The translations under genes were made by a program, and so were the position numbers. From positions 73,071-137,070 of the forward strand of contig JAXMNT010000018.1 in assembly GCA_034670305.1 (NCBI GenBank): DNA of 64,000 bases, in the 5' to 3' direction. Shown here one piece after another: positions 57,552 to 64,000 of the stretch (positions are counted from its first letter, which is position 1; each line of letters starts with the position of its first letter). This DNA comes from Deltaproteobacteria bacterium (GTDB lineage: Bacteria > Myxococcota_A > Polyangia > Polyangiales > Houyiibacteriaceae). The notes under the pieces are model-generated. The model was given only the letters and a program-made list of their open reading frames with translations. It was not told the origin of the DNA and made no database searches.

Positions 57552-58394
57552 ATGAACTCAGGACTCGAAGGCGCCTCGTCGGTCACCGCGGTGGAGGATG
57601 CCTCGGGCACTGCGAACACCGGGCATCTCCACCACACCGCGGACGTGCCGGCCGGGTGGGAGCAGGGCAACGGCGCCTATGGCGGGCTCGTCGTGGCGAC
57701 CTTGGTGCGGGCCCTGCGGCGATCGGAACCGGACACCGAACGCAGGCTGCGTGCGCTGCACGCGGACCTCGTGGCGCCGCTTCAGCCTGGGCAGGCCACG
57801 GTCGAAGTGGAAGTGCTTCGGCGCGGACGCGGGCTGACTTCGTTGTCCGCGGATCTGACGCAGTTGTCGGGCGAAGTGCGGAAACGCAAAGCCCGCGCCA
57901 GCGCGGTGTACTCGTCCGCCCGAGACGAGGTGCCGGTCGCGGAGGGACGGAAGGCCGGCGCCGCCGCACCGACACCGACGGTGCCGGACTGGCGGTCGCT
58001 CGACACCACCGTGTTGCCCTTCGCGCCGCCCTTCGTGCAGCACTTCGATCTGCGCTGCACCGGTCCGCTGCCGACCAAGGGCGACGCGGCCGTCACCGAA
58101 GGCTGGGTCTGGGCGAAGGTGCGGCCCACGGTGTACCAAGACTTCGATCTGGCGGCCCTCGTGGACTGCTTCTGGCCCGCCGCGTTCTCCGTGATGTCGA
58201 CGTTCCGGCCGATGGTCACCGTCGCGTTCTCGCTCCAGCTCCTGGTCGACCCGGCCACGGTGCCGACCGACGCGCCGCTCTACTACCGCGCGCGGGTGGA
58301 CGGATCGTTCGAAGGTTTCTGCTGCGAGATCCGAGAGCTCTGGGACGGCGATCGCCTGGTGGTCTCGAACCACCAGAGCTTCGCGATGCTTTAG
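57552..58394 (+). CDS. TesB-like double hot-dog thioesterase
   Basis: WEQGNGAYGG, LRRGR, LVDCFWPA. Confidence 0.85.
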   Translation: MNSGLEGASSVTAVEDASGTANTGHLHHTADVPAGWEQGNGAYGGLVVATLVRALRRSEPDTERRLRALHADLVAPLQPGQATVEVEVLRRGRGLTSLSADLTQLSGEVRKRKARASAVYSSARDEVPVAEGRKAGAAAPTPTVPDWRSLDTTVLPFAPPFVQHFDLRCTGPLPTKGDAAVTEGWVWAKVRPTVYQDFDLAALVDCFWPAAFSVMSTFRPMVTVAFSLQLLVDPATVPTDAPLYYRARVDGSFEGFCCEIRELWDGDRLVVSNHQSFAML

Positions 58395-58478
58395 CAGGCT
58401 GCTGAAGAACGCCCGCAGGGCGTTCTCGCAGCCTGCCCCTTGCCCCTGCCCTTGCCTTTGCCCTTGCCCGCGGATCAG
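58392..58478. repeat. 87-bp intergenic element, copy 1 (hairpin plus (CCCTTG)n)
   Basis: 86/87 identical to 63876-63962. Confidence 0.92.
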
Positions 58479-59176
58479 GGGACGCACTGGGCGACCATCG
58501 AGAACTGCTCGTCGGTCGGGTCGTAGGTCGGGTCGAACACGACGTCCTCTCCGGTCGCGCGCAGCGAACAACGCAGGGCATCCACGCCGACGCACAAGAA
58601 TCGAACGTGGACGTCGAAGTCGATCGTGCCGCTGGCGGAGAGCCCTTCGCACTCGGCCGCATCGTCGCCGTGTTCGTTCAGGCATTGCTCGTGCGGGCTC
58701 GCATCGCACGAGTTCTGCCCGACGTCGTGCACGTCCACGACCAGTTTGTCGTCCGCGACCCACTCGAGTCGGATGATGCGGGACGCCGTCTCGGCACACG
58801 AGCGTTCGAACGAGGAGCCGAGGAGGCCGAGCACTTGGATCTGACCGTCGCGCTCGAGAGCGAGATGGTGGTCGACCCAGTCGTGGGTCTCGTAGCGGTC
58901 TTCGATCAAGAACAGATCCCCTCGGCCGCTGCCATCGGCTTCGTGGGTGGTGCCGCGCACGCACTCGACGCGGGGCACGCCGCTCGACTGGTCGAAGCCG
59001 GCGCACGCTTCTTCGACCGAGGCCACCATGCGCGCGTTGGCGCAAGGCACGGTGGGGCCGGGGGCCGCGGTCTCGCCCGGATCCACGGTGGTGGGTTCGG
59101 TGGTCTGGGTCCCGCCCCCACAGGCCGCGAGAAAGAGGATCAGGGCCGGCGCGGAGAGCTTCTTCGAGAACTGCAT
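58475..59176 (-). CDS. Hypothetical lipoprotein
   Basis: Lipobox LAAC. Confidence 0.75.
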   Translation of the reverse strand: MQFSKKLSAPALILFLAACGGGTQTTEPTTVDPGETAAPGPTVPCANARMVASVEEACAGFDQSSGVPRVECVRGTTHEADGSGRGDLFLIEDRYETHDWVDHHLALERDGQIQVLGLLGSSFERSCAETASRIIRLEWVADDKLVVDVHDVGQNSCDASPHEQCLNEHGDDAAECEGLSASGTIDFDVHVRFLCVGVDALRCSLRATGEDVVFDPTYDPTDEQFSMVAQCVP

Positions 59177-59246
59177 GGGGTCGACTTAGACGATCTGGCC
59201 CGGCAGCGCGACCCACCGGCGTTCGGGCGGCCGCCTGGGTCGAGCG

Positions 59247-59414
59247 ATGGGTGCCGCAACAACGAGACGGCGCGATGCGGAGCGAGGGAGTGCGTGCAAG
59301 AGTGCGCTGGTGCGATTCGTTCGGCGGCACCGGAACAAGATCCTCGTGGTGATGATGCTCGGCGGGCTCGCCGCGATGACGTTCGGCTTCCTGCGCCGCA
59401 TCGGCATGATCTGA
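59247..59414 (+). CDS. Small membrane protein (start uncertain)
   Basis: ...VRFVRRHRNKILVVMMLGGLAAMTFGFLRRIGMI*; not in the ORF track. Confidence 0.5.
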   Translation: MGAATTRRRDAERGSACKSALVRFVRRHRNKILVVMMLGGLAAMTFGFLRRIGMI

Positions 59415-59513
59415 GCGGGGTCCCGCGCAGGAGCAGACCACGGAGCCGACTCCCGAGCGGCTGAACGTGCGCACCGAACTCGAGTCGACGCTCGAACAGG
59501 TCAGATGCGTCGT

Positions 59514-61376
59514 TCAGTGGCCGGAGACGTAGCGCAGCAGCGCTCGGTGTTTGGGCGCCTCTGACAGTGGCTGTCCCTGGAACGCTTTGCTGCCCCACGC
59601 GCCGTACTGGTTCCACCCCGACGGACTCGTGAAGTGTACGAAGAGCGCGTCGTCGGTCAGCTGCGACCACATGGTGAGGTACTCGCCGTAGAGCGTCTCC
59701 ATGCGCGGGTCCGCGTTGGCACGAAGCACGTGGGCCATGCGCGACTCTTCGTGGTGGTGCAGGTGCTGACCCCCCTCGTAGGTCACGTAGCGGATCGAAT
59801 CTCCGAGGCGCGCGAGCGCGCGCACGTCTTTCTGGATCCAGTCGTACACACTGTCTCGGGCCGCGAGCAGCCGGTAGACCTCGGCGCCGGCACGCTCGGT
59901 TCGAACGAAGATGTCGTCCACGCTCTCGGGCACGAAGCCGCCGCCGAAGTAGGGCGCCACCGCCACCACGTCGAGCTGGGCATGCGCGGGTTGTCCGTCG
60001 ACTTCGCGTTCGAGCAGGTCCGCGATCCACCAATCTTCGCCGCCGCCGATCTGCGATGCGACGACCCGCTGAACCCGCTCGGGCCGGTGTGCTTCGAACG
60101 CCTCCCGCCAGATGCGGCCGACCTCGACGCTTCGTTGCGCGAGGTAGCGGCGGCCGTGCTGGACGCAGCGTTCTTGGGTCGCGTTCCACTGGGTGTATTC
60201 GCAGAGCACGCCGTTGCCGTCGGGATCGCAGTCACGCGCCGGGTTCTCAGCGTACGCTTCGCACCCCCGCGCGTTGAACCACTGGTGCTGGTCGAAGATG
60301 TCGTTCCAGAGTTCGTTCCCGACTTCGACGTAAGGGCTCCGTTCCGGTTCGAGCCGCGCTGCGACCCGCTCCGCGAAGCGCCGTACCAGATCGTCGTCGG
60401 CGAGGGGCGGCATACAGAACCACGGGTCGGCATCGAGCAGGTTCGCGAGATCCACCATCACGTCGACCGGCACCGGCCGCCACCGCGCCGAAGCACGCAC
60501 CGGAAGCTGCGCCGAGGTGCGAATGGGGTGCGCCTCTTCTCCGCCGTCGGTCAGCACCCGCATGCGGTTGGTGTCCTGCCAATCCATGAAGCGCAGCACC
60601 GCGAAGGGCGCGACCTCGGAGAGGAAGGTGGGGTGGAACGGTTGCTCGGCGTAGGTCTCTTCGAACGGCACGCAGCGCGGCTCGCCGGCATCCACGGCTG
60701 GGCACTCGTTGTGTTGGAGGCACGCGCTGAGCGGCGCGCCCGCGCAACTTCCGCCCGGCGGAAACACGCGGATGTTGCGGATGGGATCGTTGACCGCGGT
60801 CGCGTGGATCTCGAGGTAGAGACCATCGGTTCCGGAGAGGTCGAAGGTCGCGCGGCCGGCGCTCTCCTCGAGGTGGTCGATGCGTCCGTGGTAGCGCATC
60901 TCCCCGCGGCCTTCGTAGACCACCGTGAACCGGCCGGTGACGTGGGTTTGTTCGCCGCCGATCAAGAACGTGCGGGCGATCTGCCCCGGCCGGAGCGATT
61001 GGACCCAGCCTTGCTCGTCGAGCGGCAGGTTCCGGTGGTCGTCCCATTCATCGACGGTCCCGCTGATCCAGGCGTCGGTGTGTTTGAACAGATCGACGAA
61101 GGGCGCATTGCGCGACCAGTAGGTGGGGCTCGCCAAGTTGGTGCCGACCGCACGTGGTCGAGAGATGGACACCCCGGGCATCGTCACCACGGTGGGCGGA
61201 TCGGGGACCTGGGCGCGGTTCTCCTGCCCGGCCGTCTGATGGGACGTCGTGTGCTGGGGCGCGGGATCGTCGGCGCCGCACCCGGTGCCGCAGCCGAGCG
61301 ACGCGACCCCGAGCATCACCGTGCCGAGCGACACGAGACACGAGCGCGCAAAGGACGCGGATTGCCAGTGACTCAA
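59514..61376 (-). CDS. Secreted glycoside-hydrolase-like (cellulose-binding-protein type) protein
   Basis: LRFMDW, DPWFCMP, YVEVGNELWN, AVAPYF, YEGGQH; TTG start overlaps the upstream stop. Confidence 0.7.
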   Translation of the reverse strand: MSHWQSASFARSCLVSLGTVMLGVASLGCGTGCGADDPAPQHTTSHQTAGQENRAQVPDPPTVVTMPGVSISRPRAVGTNLASPTYWSRNAPFVDLFKHTDAWISGTVDEWDDHRNLPLDEQGWVQSLRPGQIARTFLIGGEQTHVTGRFTVVYEGRGEMRYHGRIDHLEESAGRATFDLSGTDGLYLEIHATAVNDPIRNIRVFPPGGSCAGAPLSACLQHNECPAVDAGEPRCVPFEETYAEQPFHPTFLSEVAPFAVLRFMDWQDTNRMRVLTDGGEEAHPIRTSAQLPVRASARWRPVPVDVMVDLANLLDADPWFCMPPLADDDLVRRFAERVAARLEPERSPYVEVGNELWNDIFDQHQWFNARGCEAYAENPARDCDPDGNGVLCEYTQWNATQERCVQHGRRYLAQRSVEVGRIWREAFEAHRPERVQRVVASQIGGGEDWWIADLLEREVDGQPAHAQLDVVAVAPYFGGGFVPESVDDIFVRTERAGAEVYRLLAARDSVYDWIQKDVRALARLGDSIRYVTYEGGQHLHHHEESRMAHVLRANADPRMETLYGEYLTMWSQLTDDALFVHFTSPSGWNQYGAWGSKAFQGQPLSEAPKHRALLRYVSGH

Positions 61377-62512
61377 CCCGCCACTCCAGTGCGCGGGTCG
61401 GCGCGCACCACCCGCCAGACGAGCTCTTGAATCGCGGTCACCGTCTCGGCGGGAAGACCGGCCGGGCCGGGCAAACCGACCGGGGTCTCTCGGTACAACG
61501 TCGCGTAGTGCACGAGGGAGGTGAGCCACACGCCGAGTTCGCTCGGGTGAATGTCGTCGGGCTCTTCGCCCGGACGACGCAGGGTCAGACCGGCGAGGAT
61601 CTCTTCGCGTTCGGAGCGGGAGAGTGCGTAGTCGAGCGGCCAGTCGGCTGGCCAGTCGATGTACGGGTTGAGAAAGAGATCGGTCATCTCGAGCGGTCCT
61701 TCGGGTCCCGCCATCGGGGACGCATCGAGCGCGTTCGCGAGCTCCACCATCACGCGCGCGACCGGCACGAGGAAGATCGGACCGCGCGGTGTGCACCCGG
61801 GTTCGGTGCCGCCGAAGAGCGCTGCGAGTCGGCGACGAAGCCGCGGTTCGCCGACCCGGCCAGTCATCGCGACATCGGCGATGTGCGACCACTGGTTGCG
61901 GTCGTCTTCGAGGCGCGGCACCCAGTCCCACTGTTCTCTCGGGCCGTAGTCCGCGTCCGGGTCGCCGGCCTGTAGATGCGACCAGGTCTCGTAGAGGTAG
62001 ACGGACGCGTCTGGGTTGGCGGTGACCATCGCGCAGTAGAAACGCTGGGCGTAATACGCGGTGTGTTCCCGTTTCATCGACATGAGGATGGGCACCCCTT
62101 CGGTCATGACGAGCGCGTCGTACTGGTCACCGTGCTGCAACAGCTCCTGCAAACGGATGCTGGCCTCGGGTTCTTCCCGGTCGTAGCTGTGCGGTTGTCC
62201 GTTCCAGAGCAGAGAGAGCGAAGCGCCGAAGAGCGTGTCGTCGAATGCGCTGTAGGCACGGCCCCTGGACTCGGCGAACTGGCCTACTCGGTCGAGCACG
62301 TTCTGGCTGCCCGGCACGTGGGGATCGACCGCGTTGAGCAGGCTGTGGCCGACCCAGAACACCCGGAGGCTGTCGCGCGGTCCGCCGGCGAATTCGGCGT
62401 AGTCGACGTCACGCAACTCGGGCTCCGGTGCAGGCAGCACCGCGAACACGGCGAAGGCCGCCCCCACGAGCGCGACCACCCCCAACCCGATCCTGAGCCA
62501 ACTTCGTTTCAT
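61373..62512 (-). CDS. Membrane-anchored SGNH/GDSL-like protein
   Basis: N-terminal TM helix, VFWVGHSL, DDIHPSELG. Confidence 0.65.
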   Translation of the reverse strand: MKRSWLRIGLGVVALVGAAFAVFAVLPAPEPELRDVDYAEFAGGPRDSLRVFWVGHSLLNAVDPHVPGSQNVLDRVGQFAESRGRAYSAFDDTLFGASLSLLWNGQPHSYDREEPEASIRLQELLQHGDQYDALVMTEGVPILMSMKREHTAYYAQRFYCAMVTANPDASVYLYETWSHLQAGDPDADYGPREQWDWVPRLEDDRNQWSHIADVAMTGRVGEPRLRRRLAALFGGTEPGCTPRGPIFLVPVARVMVELANALDASPMAGPEGPLEMTDLFLNPYIDWPADWPLDYALSRSEREEILAGLTLRRPGEEPDDIHPSELGVWLTSLVHYATLYRETPVGLPGPAGLPAETVTAIQELVWRVVRADPRTGVAG

Positions 62513-62615
62513 CACCCCCGACCCTTTCTCCGGGCGATCGATCCATACCTCGGTTTTCGGCGAAAGCACGCAGAGGCCGTCGTGACTAAGTCGACCGATG
62601 CGATAGGGTGCGCGG

Positions 62616-63878
62616 GTGAATTCTCCGAAGCGCATCGCCTACCTGGTGTCCCAATACCCCGCGACCTCGCACACCTTCATCCGACGGGAGATCGAGGCAC
62701 TCCGGGAAGCGGGCGCGCAGGTCGACACCTTCAGCATACGACCCCCTTCGGAGGCCGAACGTTCGGCCCGGGTGGACCGCGAAGAATTCGAACGGACCCA
62801 CTACGTTCTGCCGCCGAAGCCCCTCTCGTTGCTGCGCGCCCATGCGAAGCAGTTTCGCAAACGACCGCGCGCGTACCTGGAGACACTCCGGGAGGCGACT
62901 CGGCATCGGGTGCCCGGTGTCAAAGCAAGCATGTGGTCTTTGTTTCATTTCGCCGAGGCGGTGGGGCTCGCGGACGAACTCGAGCGCCGTGGGGTCGACC
63001 ACCTTCACAACCATTTCGCGAACTCGGGCGCGAACGTGGGGCTCTTGGCGTCTCGGCTGCTCGGACTCGAGTGGTCGCTCACGCTGCATGGGATCTCTGA
63101 GTTCGACTACCCGGCGGGCAATCTGCTGGCGGAGAAGATCACGGCCGCGAGCTTCGTGGCGTGCGTGACCTACTTCGGTCGCGCGCAGGCGATGCGGCTG
63201 GTCGACCCGGTGCACTGGGACAAACTCTTCGTCGCGCGGTGCGGGCTCGATCTGCAAGGCATCACCCAGGTCGAGGCGTCGGCGCCGGTGCCCGCGAAAC
63301 GCCGCGCCCTGCGGGTGGTGAGCGTGGGCCGCATCAGCCCGGAGAAGGGGCACGTCGGGCTCGTGCAGGCATTCGCCGAAGTGGTCGCGGGCGGTGTGGA
63401 CGCGGAGCTGCGCCTCGTGGGCGACGGTCCGACCCGCGGGGTGGTGGAAGCGGAGGTCACGCGCCTTGGGCTCGGCGACCGGGTCAGCTTCGCCGGGCGG
63501 GTGCCTTCCGGCCAGGTCATCGCCGAGTTGCTGCACGCGGACGCCTTCGCGATGTCTTCGTTCATGGAAGGCCTGCCGGTCGTGATCATGGAAGCGCTGG
63601 CCATGGGCGTGCCGGTGGTCGCGCCCGTCATCGCGGGGATCCCCGAGCTGGTCGTGCACGGAGAGAGCGGTCTGCTCTTTCCGGCCAGCGACTGGAGCGC
63701 GCTCGGCCGCGAGCTCTCGAAGCTGCTCTCCGACCCCGCACTCGGCAAACGACTCGCGACCGAAGGCCGCCGCCGCGTCGAAGCCGAGTTCGACATCCAC
63801 CACGCGATCGCGCCCTTGATGGAACGCCTCGGCGTGCCGAAGTCGGCCACCAGCCCGGAAACGCGTCCCAGCCCCTAG
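62616..63878 (+). CDS. Glycosyltransferase family 4 (WcaL-like)
   Basis: YPATSHTFIRREI, HLHNHF, VGRISPEKG, EGLPVVIMEA. Confidence 0.92.
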   Translation: MNSPKRIAYLVSQYPATSHTFIRREIEALREAGAQVDTFSIRPPSEAERSARVDREEFERTHYVLPPKPLSLLRAHAKQFRKRPRAYLETLREATRHRVPGVKASMWSLFHFAEAVGLADELERRGVDHLHNHFANSGANVGLLASRLLGLEWSLTLHGISEFDYPAGNLLAEKITAASFVACVTYFGRAQAMRLVDPVHWDKLFVARCGLDLQGITQVEASAPVPAKRRALRVVSVGRISPEKGHVGLVQAFAEVVAGGVDAELRLVGDGPTRGVVEAEVTRLGLGDRVSFAGRVPSGQVIAELLHADAFAMSSFMEGLPVVIMEALAMGVPVVAPVIAGIPELVVHGESGLLFPASDWSALGRELSKLLSDPALGKRLATEGRRRVEAEFDIHHAIAPLMERLGVPKSATSPETRPSP

Positions 63879-63962
63879 CAGGTTGCTGAAGAACGCCCGC
63901 AGGGCGTTCTCGCAGCCTGCCCCTTGCCCCTGCCCTTGCCTTTGCCCTTGCCCGCGGATCAG
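63876..63962. repeat. 87-bp intergenic element, copy 2
   Basis: See copy 1 at 58392. Confidence 0.92.
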
Positions 63963-64000
63963 CGGTCAGATCGCTTGATCAGCGCGACGAGCATCGCGAC
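63959..64000 (-). CDS. C-terminus of a gene entering from the right edge
   Basis: ...VAMLVALIKRSDR*. Confidence 0.5.
   Translation of the reverse strand, partial: VAMLVALIKRSDR

Overview
High-GC window that looks myxobacterial (Polyangiales/Sandaracinus-like: MYXO-CTERM protein, many Cys-rich lipoproteins, ECF-FecR operon, Ser/Thr kinase). (1) 1-9.4 kb is a stress-gene cluster: NtrC-type activator, Dps, a histidine kinase with an RsbT-like N-terminus, DUF1328, OmpA and MscS. Eight sigma-54 -24/-12 motifs lie in front of these genes, seven only 14-15 nt before the ATG, suggesting a leaderless sigma-54 stress regulon. (2) About 15.95-32.72 kb is a 16.7-kb integrative element in tRNA-Gly(GCC), with a tyrosine integrase and excisionase. 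Its cargo is conflict-related: an RNase H-like (DUF3800-like)+TPR protein divergent from an ARPP-1+CX5R phosphatase fusion, a giant IgGFc/Ig-stalked Rhs toxin with a PD-(D/E)xK tip plus a putative immunity gene, and HEPN and ExeA-type relics. The stump of a second, related element lies next to it. (3) 32.9-64 kb holds core-like genes (surface proteins, TetR, ECF sigma, PhoX, transporters, acyl-CoA enzymes, edge of a polysaccharide locus) and several intergenic repeats, including an 87-bp element running stop codon to stop codon at two convergent gene junctions. All family calls come from reading motifs by eye; no database searches were run.
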